A stretch of 64,000 nt of DNA from Candidatus Eiseniibacteriota bacterium (GTDB lineage Bacteria > Eisenbacteria > RBG-16-71-46 > CAZAMP01): positions 1,952,001 through 2,016,000 of the forward strand of contig OZ245046.1 in the NCBI GenBank assembly GCA_965224245.1, written 5' to 3'. Each line of letters starts with the position of its first letter. Position 1 is the first letter of the stretch. Positions 42,840 to 53,122 of the stretch are shown piece by piece. The notes under the pieces are model-generated. The model ran no database searches. It was not told the origin of the DNA and saw only the letters and a list, made by a program, of their open reading frames with translations. Both the position numbers and the translations under genes were made by a program.

Positions 42840-43829
42840 TCAGCGCCAAAAACGCCCGCGCCGAGCGCGGTTGATCACCGTACCGAGAATCTGCGAATCG
42901 TGCTGCTCGAGCAGGTCTCGTGTGCGCCGCGCGTCGGCCTTCGGGGTTCGCTCGGAGGCCAGAACGACCACGACGCCGTCACACGTGCCGGCGAGCTGCG
43001 CCGACTCCGGCGCGATCAGGACCGGTGCGGCGTCCAGGATCATGTAGTCGAAGCGATCCTCGAGGCCCGCCAGGATCGGTCCGACACGCTCGAACATCTT
43101 GGGGCCATTGTAGCTGCCGCTACCCCGGGACAAGTAGGTCAATCCGTTCCGATCGGTCGGGACCAGGACGTCGCCCAGGGACGCCTCGCTGGCCGCGAGC
43201 TGGATCAGACCGGCCTCGCGCCCGGGCAACACCCCCGGCCGCTCGCTGGCCCGGGACTGCGCGTCGATCAGCAGGACCTCGACGCCGGGGTCCCGGACGA
43301 GCAGCGTGGCCACGGCCAGGGCGATGGTGCTGGCGCCTGCCCCGGACTCGACGGCGGTGAAGAGCACGCTCTTGGGGTCGCTCGACCCCGTGGCCTGAAT
43401 CACGGCGGCGATGCGGTTGACCTGCTCCCAGAAACGCTTGTCGAAGCGGTCGAGACGCGGGAGCGCGACGGGGTCGGCCTCGAGCCGGAGCGGCTCCCGC
43501 TTGCGAGGGACGGGGTCGCGCGAGGCGACCGGCTCGGCGGCCAAAGACGGGATCGGGATGTTGACCCGCTCGCGCTCGGGCTCCGCCGGCTCGTCGAGGT
43601 CCTCCACGTCCATCTCCGGTGCCGGCGCGGGCACGCGCCGGACCTCGTCCCGGCCCGGGCGGCGCTCGAGGGTGAGGTCGGGGTCGATCGGACGGGGCTC
43701 CTCGGCAGCGCGGTCCCGGGGCATGGCCTGCCCGTCCTCGCCTCCCGAGTCGGCGTCCGGAAGCTCTCGTCGAACGCCTCGCCGGCGTTCGGTCGCGCTC
43801 TTGCGGAGCGCGTCGTAGATCTTGCTCAA
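42840..43829 (-). CDS. CpsD/CapB-family BY-kinase homologue with degenerate Walker A
   Basis: MSKIYDAL N-terminus; SVLFTAVESGAGAST (Walker A without Lys), LLIDAQ, FDYMILDAAP, CDGVVVV and ILGTVIN. Confidence 0.82.
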   Translation of the reverse strand: MSKIYDALRKSATERRRGVRRELPDADSGGEDGQAMPRDRAAEEPRPIDPDLTLERRPGRDEVRRVPAPAPEMDVEDLDEPAEPERERVNIPIPSLAAEPVASRDPVPRKREPLRLEADPVALPRLDRFDKRFWEQVNRIAAVIQATGSSDPKSVLFTAVESGAGASTIALAVATLLVRDPGVEVLLIDAQSRASERPGVLPGREAGLIQLAASEASLGDVLVPTDRNGLTYLSRGSGSYNGPKMFERVGPILAGLEDRFDYMILDAAPVLIAPESAQLAGTCDGVVVVLASERTPKADARRTRDLLEQHDSQILGTVINRARRGRFWR

Positions 43830-43835
43830 CGCGAC

Positions 43836-44687
43836 CTATCCCGCGCGCAAGACGAGGTCCGTCCGTCGCTCCACGCTGCCGCGTTCGAGCTCCTGAACGG
43901 CGGTTCGAACGATGTCCTCGCCGAGCACGCGCTTTTCCTCCACGTACCCAACCAACAGGGCCCGGTCGCATAGCACGTTGATGAGACGCGGCACGCCACC
44001 GGCGTAGTACCGCACCCACTCGAACGCCTCGTCGCTGAAGCGTACGACCGGCTCACCCTCGCTGGCGACCTGGATGCGATGCTCGATGTACGCACGCTCG
44101 TCCTCTGCCGACAGCGGGCGGATCGAGCAGATGCCGGGGATGCGTTGCCGGAGCTGTCGCAGCTCGTGCATCGCCAGGTTGTTCCGGAGCTCGGGCTGAC
44201 CCGCGAGCACGATCGTCAGGAGCTTCCGGTCGTCGGTCTCGAGGTTCGAGAGCTGGCGGAGCTCCTCCAGCACGCCCGGAGAGAGGTTCTGGGCCTCGTC
44301 GATGATCAGAACGACGTCGCGATCGGCCATCGCGGCCTTCAGCAGGTGACGGTTGAGGTCCATCAGGAGCTCGGCCTTCGTCTTGTTGCGGGCGGGCAGG
44401 CCGAGGTCCTCGAGCGCCATCATCAGCAGCTGGCGAAACGAGAGGCTGCTCGACAGGATGAGCGCGGTCTCGATGTGGCTCCCGTACTGCTTCAGGAAGG
44501 TGCGCAAGCAGATGGTCTTCCCGACGCCGACCTCGCCGGTCAGGACCAGGAACCCCTTGCGTTCGGCGACACCGTACTGAAGGTAAGCGAGGGCGTCGTT
44601 GTGATCGCGACTCTCGAAAAGAAAGCGAGGGTCGGGCGTCACGTTGAACGGGTTGTCCGTCAGTCCGAAGAACTCATGGTACATCAA
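43836..44687 (-). CDS. ExeA/GspA-family AAA+ ATPase (polysaccharide-locus associated)
   Basis: MYHEFFGLTDNPFNVTPDPRF, GEVGVGKT, LIIDEAQNL, LAGQPEL, QLRQRI and GGVPRLINVLCDRAL. Confidence 0.93.
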   Translation of the reverse strand: MMYHEFFGLTDNPFNVTPDPRFLFESRDHNDALAYLQYGVAERKGFLVLTGEVGVGKTICLRTFLKQYGSHIETALILSSSLSFRQLLMMALEDLGLPARNKTKAELLMDLNRHLLKAAMADRDVVLIIDEAQNLSPGVLEELRQLSNLETDDRKLLTIVLAGQPELRNNLAMHELRQLRQRIPGICSIRPLSAEDERAYIEHRIQVASEGEPVVRFSDEAFEWVRYYAGGVPRLINVLCDRALLVGYVEEKRVLGEDIVRTAVQELERGSVERRTDLVLRAG

Positions 44688-46075
44688 CGCTTCCCAGTCC
44701 GGGCGACGGACGCGAGGACCGGCGCGCCAAAGATGTCCTCGGCCTCCCGCGTCGTCTTCACGGAGGGATCGAGGCCATCGATGATGAAGGCCAGCCCGAG
44801 CGCCACGACCAGCGCGAAGAGCGGCACCACGAGCGTTCGGATCAGATCGCCGGTGTGGACGCGGAGTGGGCTCGAAGCGGCCGCGAAGAGCGTGACGGCG
44901 CGGCTGGGAGCGGAGGCGTTCTGGATGTCGGCCGCCGCGGCGCCGGTGACGAGCTGCCGGTAGTTCTCGGACAACGCCTCGATCTCGAGATTGACCTGCG
45001 TGAGCTCGGATTCGCGTTCGGGAAAACGGCTCAGCTCGACCAGGATGTCGTCGAGCTCCCCGGTGAGCGTGGCCTCGCGCGCCCGAAGCGTGGACAGAGA
45101 GGCCTCCAGCGACCGCTCGTACCGGGCCGAGGCGTCGGCCAGCATCGTCTCCTGCGCGGTGAGCTGCTCGCGCAGCTCCGAGAGCTGTGGGTGGTCGGCG
45201 GTGTACCGGCTCGCCAGCTCGTTCTCCCGAGAGCGCAGCGCGATCAACGACTCGAGAATGCGTCGCACCTCGAGTCCCGTCCCCTCCTCGGCTCCCAGCA
45301 CCGGGATGAACGCGACGTCGTCGCTGCCGGTCTCGCGGAAACGCCGCAGCGCCCGGAGACGGGACTCCTCCATCGCGCGTTCCTCGCGAGCGTGCACGAG
45401 CGTCGCCCGAATCGACCCGAGCAGCTTCCCCGTCTCGGCACGCTGCTCCCCGATGCTGGCCCAGCCGGCCTCCTCGAGAATGCCCTGGCGCTGCTCGGCG
45501 AGGTCGGCCAGGCGGTCACGCACGTGCGCGATCTCGCCGTCGAAGAACGCCGAGATGTTGGGCGTCTCGTGCACGTCGTTCCGGTAATCGATGTACGCGC
45601 GCGTGAGCGCGGTCACCCCCCGTTGCGCGAGATCGGGATCCCGGTTCTGGAACAGCACGAGCATGACGTTCGACCCTTCGACCGGTCGCGCCGAGACCTT
45701 GCCGAAGTTGATCGTCAGCGGCTCGCCGTGCGCGTCGAGCACGCCCTCGGCGGCCAGGAGCGAATCGGCGCGCAGGCGGACCGGGTCGCTGAAGACCGTC
45801 TGAACCTCCGAGGCGACTTCTTCCTCCCAGCTCATGACCCGGACACGGGCGTTGAGGCTGCTCTCGCGCTCGCCGCGCCGCAGGAGGACCTTGGATTCGC
45901 TTCGGTAGGTGACCGTGGCGGTGGCGTAGGTGTAGACGCTCCATCCCAGCACGGCCAGGAAGATCGGAAGCCAGATGAGCTTGCGCCGGGACAGCATCGC
46001 GATCGAGTCCTCGATGCCGGACGCCCGATCCGCGCTCCAGGTGGCTTCCCGACTATCGGATAAATCGACTGCCAC
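44684..46075 (-). CDS. Polysaccharide co-polymerase/chain-length determinant (Wzz/Wzc N-terminal, GumC-like)
   Basis: Two TM helices flanking a periplasmic coiled coil; ends DPSVKT..EAEDIFGAPVLASV; no fused kinase domain. Confidence 0.85.
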   Translation of the reverse strand: MAVDLSDSREATWSADRASGIEDSIAMLSRRKLIWLPIFLAVLGWSVYTYATATVTYRSESKVLLRRGERESSLNARVRVMSWEEEVASEVQTVFSDPVRLRADSLLAAEGVLDAHGEPLTINFGKVSARPVEGSNVMLVLFQNRDPDLAQRGVTALTRAYIDYRNDVHETPNISAFFDGEIAHVRDRLADLAEQRQGILEEAGWASIGEQRAETGKLLGSIRATLVHAREERAMEESRLRALRRFRETGSDDVAFIPVLGAEEGTGLEVRRILESLIALRSRENELASRYTADHPQLSELREQLTAQETMLADASARYERSLEASLSTLRAREATLTGELDDILVELSRFPERESELTQVNLEIEALSENYRQLVTGAAAADIQNASAPSRAVTLFAAASSPLRVHTGDLIRTLVVPLFALVVALGLAFIIDGLDPSVKTTREAEDIFGAPVLASVARTGKR

Positions 46076-46838
46076 TGATCACCTGCACCTTGTCGAGGTT
46101 GAAGGCCTCCCAGCCGTCCAAGTAGAAGGCGAAGGCCGGACGCATGCGGTTGAAGAACTGATCGACGAAGATACCGACGTCGGCGATGAACGTGCGCGGC
46201 ACGTGTATGATGTCCAGGTGCTGTACCAGTGGATCGCCAAAGTCACCCTCGCCTCTCAGCACACGCTTGATGTTCACCTGATGCACGCTGGCCTGTAGAT
46301 CGTTGACGCGCCGCAACAGCAGGACGTCGTCCGCGTTGGCGGTCGTCAGCAATCCCCCGGCGGCCGCGATGGCCCCGAGCACGGTCTGGCCGGCTTCGAT
46401 CGAGTAGGCTCCGGGGACTCGAACTTCACCGGTGACGAACACTCGCGACGGCCCGAAGCTCTCGATGCTCACGGCGACCGCAGGACGTCGGAGGAACGAC
46501 GCGAGTGACGTCTCGATGCTCTGTCGCAACTCCTCCACGGTGAGGCCGGACGCCGGTACGGTTCCGACCCACGGTATCGTGATCCGACCGTCCGTTTGCA
46601 CCTCGGCGGCGGATCCCAGAGAACTATCGGTCAGTACGCGAATCGCGACACGATCTCCGGACTTCAGGCGGTACTCGCGCCGTGTGTCCGGAGTGACACG
46701 CTCACCCGATGTCGGCGTCACTTCCAGCAGTGCCGTCGTCGGGAGACCGGTCGGCTGTTTCGATCCGGCACAACCCAGCGACACGGACAATACCAATGCC
46801 GCGAGCGTGACCCGCACGAACAACTTACGACTCCTCAT
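46053..46838 (-). CDS. wza: Polysaccharide export lipoprotein (OPX/Wza family)
   Basis: Lipobox LGC; YRLKSGD...DGRITIPWVG...ASGLT polysaccharide-export motif; SLBB segment VTGEVRVPGAY...AIAAAGG. Confidence 0.92.
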   Translation of the reverse strand: MRSRKLFVRVTLAALVLSVSLGCAGSKQPTGLPTTALLEVTPTSGERVTPDTRREYRLKSGDRVAIRVLTDSSLGSAAEVQTDGRITIPWVGTVPASGLTVEELRQSIETSLASFLRRPAVAVSIESFGPSRVFVTGEVRVPGAYSIEAGQTVLGAIAAAGGLLTTANADDVLLLRRVNDLQASVHQVNIKRVLRGEGDFGDPLVQHLDIIHVPRTFIADVGIFVDQFFNRMRPAFAFYLDGWEAFNLDKVQVISGSRFIR

Positions 46839-47006
46839 TCACGTCGATCCATTGACACGTCGAGAAGCCGGACGCCGGCCTAACAGCCCGCGATTGGCAT
46901 GGATAGATAGTACCAATCGCATACAGTCCTGGTCAAATCGCCCGGGTCCGACTCTAGTACACACCTCGACTATTCCAAGTTCGGTCGTTGCAAAGAGTTC
47001 TTGAGT

Positions 47007-47951
47007 TCAGCCCCCAAGGCGACAGAGCACCGCATCGGTCAACAGAGGCACCAAAATCTCGTGGTGGCCGGTCAACGCCACCGAGTGGCCCCCTTCCAGC
47101 GTCGGGCGCGACAGGACGTTCTGTCGTGGACGGTAGTGCTGGATGAAATCGAGATTCGCGGTCGTGACGCGCCGCGCCGGCGTACCGAGGTTTCGAGCGA
47201 CGTTCAACGCCTTCACGAAAACCTCGGGAAGAATGACGGCCGACCCCAGATTGAGCACGACGCCGTCGTCGACGTCGGTGAGCGCGGCCGCCAGGATGCG
47301 AAAGTCTCGGAGCGTGGCCTCCCCGATCGCCGCGCCGTCGCACGAGGGGTGTTGATGCACGATGTCGGTCCCGATCGCCACGTGAAGCGTCAGGGGAACG
47401 CCGGAGCGGTAGGCGGCGGCGATCAGGCTGTGCTCGACGTGCGGTGGGCTCATCTCGACCAGCGTGCGCCCGAGCGCCTCCCCGAAGCCCTCGCCACGGC
47501 GGCAAGCCTCGCGCGCGGTCTCGTTGAGCAGCTCGGCGGTCTCCCTGGCGACGCCGAAATCTCCCTCTACCAGACCCTTCTCGACGCGTTCGGACGTGCG
47601 TCCGATCAGCGCGATCTCGGTGTCGTGGATCGCCACCGAGCCATTGGCGGCCAGCGCCGTCACCACGCCCTCGGCCGCCAGCCTCGACAGGCACGGCGTG
47701 ACGCCGGTCTTGACCACGTGACCGCCGAGCATGACGACCACGGCGCGCCTCGCCCGGCGGGCGGCGACCATGCGGTCGGCCAGGAGCCGGATCTCGCGTC
47801 CCGCGAGGATGTCCGGGAGCGCGGCCAGCGGATCGGAACCCTTTCCCAGCGCATCGGCCCGGACGAAATCGGCCACCGACACGATGCTCTCGCGCTCGGC
47901 CAGCGCTCGCGTGCGGATCCCGGAGAGATCGGCTTCCGGGTATCTACCCAT
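47007..47951 (-). CDS. Conserved hypothetical protein, possible deoxyhypusine-synthase-like fold
   Basis: MLGGHVVKTG, ANGSVAIHDTEIAL, HVAIGTDIVH, NLGSAVILPEVF and GHHEI motifs. Confidence 0.7.
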   Translation of the reverse strand: MGRYPEADLSGIRTRALAERESIVSVADFVRADALGKGSDPLAALPDILAGREIRLLADRMVAARRARRAVVVMLGGHVVKTGVTPCLSRLAAEGVVTALAANGSVAIHDTEIALIGRTSERVEKGLVEGDFGVARETAELLNETAREACRRGEGFGEALGRTLVEMSPPHVEHSLIAAAYRSGVPLTLHVAIGTDIVHQHPSCDGAAIGEATLRDFRILAAALTDVDDGVVLNLGSAVILPEVFVKALNVARNLGTPARRVTTANLDFIQHYRPRQNVLSRPTLEGGHSVALTGHHEILVPLLTDAVLCRLGG

Positions 47952-48804
47952 TCTGGGCGACCCCTTCGGTCAGCTCGGTGAGCGAGAGCACGATCGAGCC
48001 GAAGAAGACCTTGATCTTGAACTGGACGGGCAGCTTGCGCGCGTCGTCGGTCAGGTACATGACCAGCTTGCCCTTCTTGTGGTCGTACAGCCCCGAGTCC
48101 AGCAGGATGAGCGGCTCGACGACCAGGCAGTCGAACTTCCCGGCGTCGGTGTCGACGCGCTCGCGCCCGAGCACGTGCAGCTCCATGTCCACGTTCTTCT
48201 TGTCGGCATGTACACGAAAAACCGCCTGTCGCCCCGGTGACAGATCCAGCGTTCGAATGTAGAAGAGCGCCGACAGCACGTCCTGCGCCTCGGGATCCAG
48301 CGGGATCGCGGCACCGTCGTGATAGGTCGCGACCCGGTTCACCTGATCCAGATCGATGACCTGATTCGCACGGAACTTCCCCTCCTGCAAGTTTTTTCGG
48401 AATCGCCAGGGCAGAAGGTAGTCGACGTCGAGGAAGCTCTCCATCCGATCCTCCACGCGGAAGATGGACGAGAAGAAGTCGCTCGAGCGCGCCGTGCCCA
48501 CGAGCGGCAGGCACGGCCGCCCCTCCACGACGACCGGAGCCCCGACCTCCAGCCGACATTCGCCAGCCCGGATCGGACCGTACTTGACGCTGTAGGTGAG
48601 ACGCTCGCCGGCGAAGAAGGCCGTGTTCTCACGCGGGATGAAGGCATCGAGGCGCGCGCTCCGCCGCTGGTCGGCGTCGATCACGCTGGGGACGTCACCG
48701 AAGTCGAGATCGACGTCGACGGGCTGCGCGGTGAGCGGGGTCGCACCGGTGGCCGCGAGAACGACGGTCGAGGCGAGCGCTCGGATGGCTGAGGTCCACG
48801 TCAT
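47944..48804 (-). CDS. DUF3108-domain exported protein
   Basis: Signal peptide; GERLTYSVKYG, QDVLSALFYIR, GKFDC and YLTDDARKLPV motifs. Confidence 0.82.
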   Translation of the reverse strand: MTWTSAIRALASTVVLAATGATPLTAQPVDVDLDFGDVPSVIDADQRRSARLDAFIPRENTAFFAGERLTYSVKYGPIRAGECRLEVGAPVVVEGRPCLPLVGTARSSDFFSSIFRVEDRMESFLDVDYLLPWRFRKNLQEGKFRANQVIDLDQVNRVATYHDGAAIPLDPEAQDVLSALFYIRTLDLSPGRQAVFRVHADKKNVDMELHVLGRERVDTDAGKFDCLVVEPLILLDSGLYDHKKGKLVMYLTDDARKLPVQFKIKVFFGSIVLSLTELTEGVAQNG

Positions 48805-48864
48805 CGGGGCCTCCCCCGGCTGGTGTTCACGGTCCGCTCGGGCGGTGTCACGACGCGGGCGCCG

Positions 48865-49308
48865 TCACCGACCGGTGTGGCCGAAACCGCCGGCTCCGCG
48901 CGGGGTGTCCGCCAGGGCCTCGCTCTCGACGAAACGAACCGCGCACACGCGCTGGATGACCAGCTGTGCGATCCGGGCCCCGACCTCCACGTGAAACGGA
49001 TCGGAGCTCACGTTGAACAGGATCACCCCGATCTCGCCCCGGTAGTCCGAGTCAATCGTGCCCGGGGCGTTCAACAGCCCGATGCCGTGTCGTAGCGCGA
49101 GACCGCTCCGGGGCCGAACCTGGCCCTCGTAGCCCGGCGGGATCGCGACGGCCAGGCCGGTGGGCACCAGCGTGACCCTCCCCGGCTCGATCGTGCGCGC
49201 CTCCGATGCCGCGAGGTCGAAGCCAGCCGCTCCGTCGGTCATGGCCCGCGGTGGCGTGGCCGTCTTCGAGAGCGTTCGGAACGCGACCGTAATCGGCGTT
49301 GCCTCCAT
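48865..49308 (-). CDS. dut: dUTP diphosphatase
   Basis: [31 protein letters not shown] and [10 protein letters not shown]. Start MEATPI. Confidence 0.97.
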   Translation of the reverse strand: MEATPITVAFRTLSKTATPPRAMTDGAAGFDLAASEARTIEPGRVTLVPTGLAVAIPPGYEGQVRPRSGLALRHGIGLLNAPGTIDSDYRGEIGVILFNVSSDPFHVEVGARIAQLVIQRVCAVRFVESEALADTPRGAGGFGHTGR

Positions 49309-49429
49309 GAACCCCTTCCGGATGCGCTTGTTCCGCCGCATCGCGGCGGCCGGGGACGGGATCCACACGCGCCGGGCGCCCGCTCTCGCGGAACGCCCGG
49401 CCGTCCGTGCCGGATCGGTGGGACCGGGG

Positions 49430-51520
49430 CTACTCGGCGACCTCGGCCAGCGCGGCCTTGCGGCTGAGCCGGATCTTGCCCGAGTCGTCGACACCGATCA
49501 CCTTCACCACGACCTCGTCCCCTTCCCGGACGATGTCCTCCACCGCGCCCACTCGGTGTGGCGCGAGCTCGGAGATGTGAACGAGTCCGTCGCGTCCGGG
49601 GAGGATCTCGACGAAGGCGCCGAAGTTGACCACGCGCTTGACGACACCCTTGTAGGCGCGGCCAATCTCCGGATCGGCGGTGATCGCCCGGATCACGTCG
49701 ATCGCCCGCTCGGCCGAGGCCTTGTCCGACGACGCAACCTTGACCGTGCCGTCGTCGCTGATGTCGATCTGGCACCCGGTCTCCTCGGTGATCTTCTTGA
49801 TCATGCGGCCACCGGGGCCGATGACCTCGCCGATCTTGTCCGGGGAGATCCGGATGAGCTCGATCCGGGGCGCGAACGGCGAGAGGTCGGCTCTCGGCGC
49901 CGCGATGGCCTGCTCCATGGCGTCGAGGATCGACAGTCGCGCCGTGCGCGCCTGCTCGAGCGCCTGCACGAGAACATCGCGCGAGAGTCCGCCGATCTTG
50001 TTGTCCATCTGCATCGCGGTGATCCCGCCGCGGGTCCCGGTGACCTTGAAGTCCATGTCTCCGAGGTGGTCCTCGACGCCCTGGATGTCGGTCAGGACCG
50101 CCGTGCGCGTCCCGTCGCTGACGAGGCCCATCGCGATGCCGGCCACCGGAGCCTCGATCGGCACGCCGGCGTCCATCAGTGCCAGGCTCCCGCCACAGAC
50201 CGACGCCATCGACGACGAGCCGTTCGACTCGAGGATCTCGGACACGATGCGGATCGTGTACGGGAAGCGATCGTCCTGGGGGATGATCGGGGCCAGCGCC
50301 CGCTCGGCCAGCGCCCCGTGACCGATCTCCCGGCGACCCGGGCCGCGGTTCGGACGCACCTCGCCCACCGAGAACGACGGGAAGTTGTAGTGGAGCATGT
50401 AGCTCTTCCACGACTGCCCCTCGAGCGACTCGATGCGCTGCTCGTCCGACGCCGTCCCCAGCGTGGTCACGGCCAGCGCCTGGGTCTGGCCGCGCTGGAA
50501 CACGGCCGAGCCATGCGTACGCGGCAGAACGCCCACCTCGATCTCGATCGGACGGATCTCCTCGTACGAGCGGCCGTCGACACGCTTCTTCTCGCCGAGC
50601 ACGAGCTCGCGGACGAGCTCCTTCTCCAGCGTGCCCAGCACGGCCTTGACGTCGGTCTCGCCGTCCTCGAAGTCCGCGCCGACCGCCTCCAGCGTGGCAG
50701 TCTTGACCGCATCGATCGCGGCCGCGCGCGCCTCCTTGCCGTCGGTCCGGTTGGCCTCGGCCAGGCGATCCGACGCGAACTGGCGTACGGCGGACTCGAT
50801 CCGGGAATCCACTTCACGCGGGGTGAAGTCGTGCTTGGGCTTGGCCGTCATCTCGGCCAGGCGCCGCTGCAGCGCGTTCAGCTCGCGGATGTAGCCCGCG
50901 GCGGCGTCGAACGCATCGACGATCTCGTTCTCGGATACCTGCTCGCAGCCACCCTCGACCATGACGATGCTGTCGTCGGTTCCGGCGACCACCAGGTCCA
51001 TCGTGCTGTAGTCCTGGTCGGGCAGCGTGGGGTTCACCACGAACGCGCCGTCCTTCTTGCCCATGCGCACCGCGGACACGAACTCGGGAAACGGGATGTC
51101 CGAGATCGCCAGGCCCGCGCTGGCGCCGAGGAGGCAGAGCACGTCGGGATCGTTCTCCTGATCCACGGACAGCACCTGACAGATCACCTGCACGTCCCGG
51201 CGGTAGCCCTTGGGGAAGAAAGGACGCAGGGAACGGTCGATCAGGCGTGCGGTCAGGGTCTCCTTCTCGGAGGGTCGGCCCTCGCGCTTGAAGAACCCGC
51301 CGGGGATCTTGCCCGCGGCGTACGTCTTCTCACGGTAGTCCACGAACAACGGTAGGAAGTCGATATCCAGCTCGTGCTTCGAGGCCGTGACCGCGACCAG
51401 GACGACGGAGTCCCCGTAGCGACACAGGACGGCACCCCCGGCCTGCTTCGCGTAGCGTCCGGTCTCGATCGAGAGCGTACGTCCACCGAGTGAACATTCG
51501 ACGGTCTGTGCTTGCATCAA
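49430..51520 (-). CDS. pnp: Polyribonucleotide nucleotidyltransferase (PNPase)
   Basis: [28 protein letters not shown] and [12 protein letters not shown] and S1 domains. Confidence 0.98.
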   Translation of the reverse strand: MMQAQTVECSLGGRTLSIETGRYAKQAGGAVLCRYGDSVVLVAVTASKHELDIDFLPLFVDYREKTYAAGKIPGGFFKREGRPSEKETLTARLIDRSLRPFFPKGYRRDVQVICQVLSVDQENDPDVLCLLGASAGLAISDIPFPEFVSAVRMGKKDGAFVVNPTLPDQDYSTMDLVVAGTDDSIVMVEGGCEQVSENEIVDAFDAAAGYIRELNALQRRLAEMTAKPKHDFTPREVDSRIESAVRQFASDRLAEANRTDGKEARAAAIDAVKTATLEAVGADFEDGETDVKAVLGTLEKELVRELVLGEKKRVDGRSYEEIRPIEIEVGVLPRTHGSAVFQRGQTQALAVTTLGTASDEQRIESLEGQSWKSYMLHYNFPSFSVGEVRPNRGPGRREIGHGALAERALAPIIPQDDRFPYTIRIVSEILESNGSSSMASVCGGSLALMDAGVPIEAPVAGIAMGLVSDGTRTAVLTDIQGVEDHLGDMDFKVTGTRGGITAMQMDNKIGGLSRDVLVQALEQARTARLSILDAMEQAIAAPRADLSPFAPRIELIRISPDKIGEVIGPGGRMIKKITEETGCQIDISDDGTVKVASSDKASAERAIDVIRAITADPEIGRAYKGVVKRVVNFGAFVEILPGRDGLVHISELAPHRVGAVEDIVREGDEVVVKVIGVDDSGKIRLSRKAALAEVAE

Positions 51521-51626
51521 TTACTCCAGTTACTCCACGTCACGTTGAGAGAGAAGCTCGAGGAACCGCCCGTTTGCGGGCATGAGGTGGCACGCATGCG
51601 CGTGCATCGGTCCTCGGGCAGGGGGG

Positions 51627-51896
51627 TCATCGGCGCAAACCGAGCTTCTTGATGAGCGCGCGGTAGCGTTCGACCTCGGTGTCCTTCAGATACTGCAGGA
51701 GTCGACGGCGCTGCCCGACCATCCGCAAGAGTCCGCGCCGACTGTGGTGGTCGGTCTTGTGGACGCGAAAGTGTTCGGTCAGCTGGTTGATCTTCTCGGT
51801 CAGGAGCGCGACCTGGACCTCGGGAGACCCGGAGTCGTTCTCGTGAAGTCGATGTTCGTCGATTATCGTGCGCTTCTGTTCCTTGTGCAGTGCCAC
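51627..51896 (-). CDS. rpsO: 30S ribosomal protein S15
   Basis: [13 protein letters not shown]...[19 protein letters not shown]...LGLRR; GTG start with GAGGAGG SD. Confidence 0.98.
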   Translation of the reverse strand: MALHKEQKRTIIDEHRLHENDSGSPEVQVALLTEKINQLTEHFRVHKTDHHSRRGLLRMVGQRRRLLQYLKDTEVERYRALIKKLGLRR

Positions 51897-52066
51897 GTGA
51901 GCACCCTCCTCGCGCACGGCGCCGCAGGCGCCGTGCATCATCGGCCGACGCGCCCCGAGGCGGCCGACCCCGGTCAGGACCCGAGAACCCCTCGCGCCGC
52001 CCTGACCTGAAGCGCGGGGAACAGACGCCGCCCGGCGCCTGCGTGTACGAACCGTTCATCCCATGA

Positions 52067-52100
52067 GTGACGCGGTGGCCCGGGGCCACGACCGCGTCAC
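52067..52100 (-). terminator. Hairpin at the ribF stop codon
   Basis: GTGACGCGGT (52067-52076) pairs perfectly with ACCGCGTCAC (52091-52100). No U-tract. Confidence 0.4.
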
Positions 52101-53020
52101 GCGGTCTTGATCTCCATCTCGGACAGGACGTCCCTGGCGTTGGCCACGTCCTCGGCGATCGCCATCCGGAGCGACGCCTCGCTCTTGAACCGGCGCTCGG
52201 GGCGCAGACGCTCGATGAAGTCGAGCTGCAAGGCCTCGCCCAGGACGTCGCCATCATAGTCGAGGATGTGCGCCTCCACGGAAAGGTCCTTTCCGTCGAA
52301 TGTGGGCCGAGTACCCACGTTGGCTACCGCCATCATCGGCTTGGTGCCCTTGGAGGCGATGCAGGCATACACCCCCTTCGCGGGCAGGACCCGGCTCGGC
52401 GCCAGGCGGAGGTTGGCGGTCGGAAACCCGAGCTGACGTCCCCGACCCTGTCCTTTCACGATCACACCCCGCACGAAGTACGGCTGGCCGAGAAACCGAG
52501 CCGCCTCGACGACCCGGCCGTCCTGGAGCGAGCGGCGGATCCGAGTGGACGAGATCCGAACCCCCTCGATCTTGGCGTGCTCGATCTCGTCGACCTCGAA
52601 GTCGTACTCGAGTCCGATCGTCCGCAGCACGTTGACGGTGCCCTTGCGGTCGCGCCCCATCGCGAATCCCTCGCCCACCACCAGATGGCGCACCTCGAAG
52701 CTCGGGAGCACGACGCGTCCCATGAACTCCGCCGCGCTCTGGGTGGCGACCTGCTCGTCGAAGCGAAGAACCACGACGTAGTCGGCCCCCAGCTTGAGGA
52801 GCAGCTCGCGCTTCTCGTCGGTGGAGGAGAGCAGCGGGACGTGCGCCTTCTTCTTGAGGACGACGTCGGGGTGCGGATCGAAGGTCAGCACGACGCTCGC
52901 GCCGCGATTCGCCTCGGCCAGCGACACCGCCCGGCGCACGACCGCCTGGTGACCCAGATGGACGCCGTCGAACACCCCGATCGCGAGATACGCGTTACGG
53001 ATGGGATCGAGTCCTGCCAT
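52097..53020 (-). CDS. ribF: Bifunctional riboflavin kinase/FAD synthetase
   Basis: IGVFDGVHLGH, TFDPHP, ISSTRIR, GRQLGFPTAN and NVGTRPTF. Confidence 0.97.
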   Translation of the reverse strand: MAGLDPIRNAYLAIGVFDGVHLGHQAVVRRAVSLAEANRGASVVLTFDPHPDVVLKKKAHVPLLSSTDEKRELLLKLGADYVVVLRFDEQVATQSAAEFMGRVVLPSFEVRHLVVGEGFAMGRDRKGTVNVLRTIGLEYDFEVDEIEHAKIEGVRISSTRIRRSLQDGRVVEAARFLGQPYFVRGVIVKGQGRGRQLGFPTANLRLAPSRVLPAKGVYACIASKGTKPMMAVANVGTRPTFDGKDLSVEAHILDYDGDVLGEALQLDFIERLRPERRFKSEASLRMAIAEDVANARDVLSEMEIKTA

Positions 53021-53122
53021 GTGTACATCTACCCCACGAGTTCCGTACCCGACGCGACCCGAGACGACCGAAGATCACCGGCGCCGGGAGCTCGCGAGCG
53101 AGCCCCCGGTGCGTCGGCGCCG

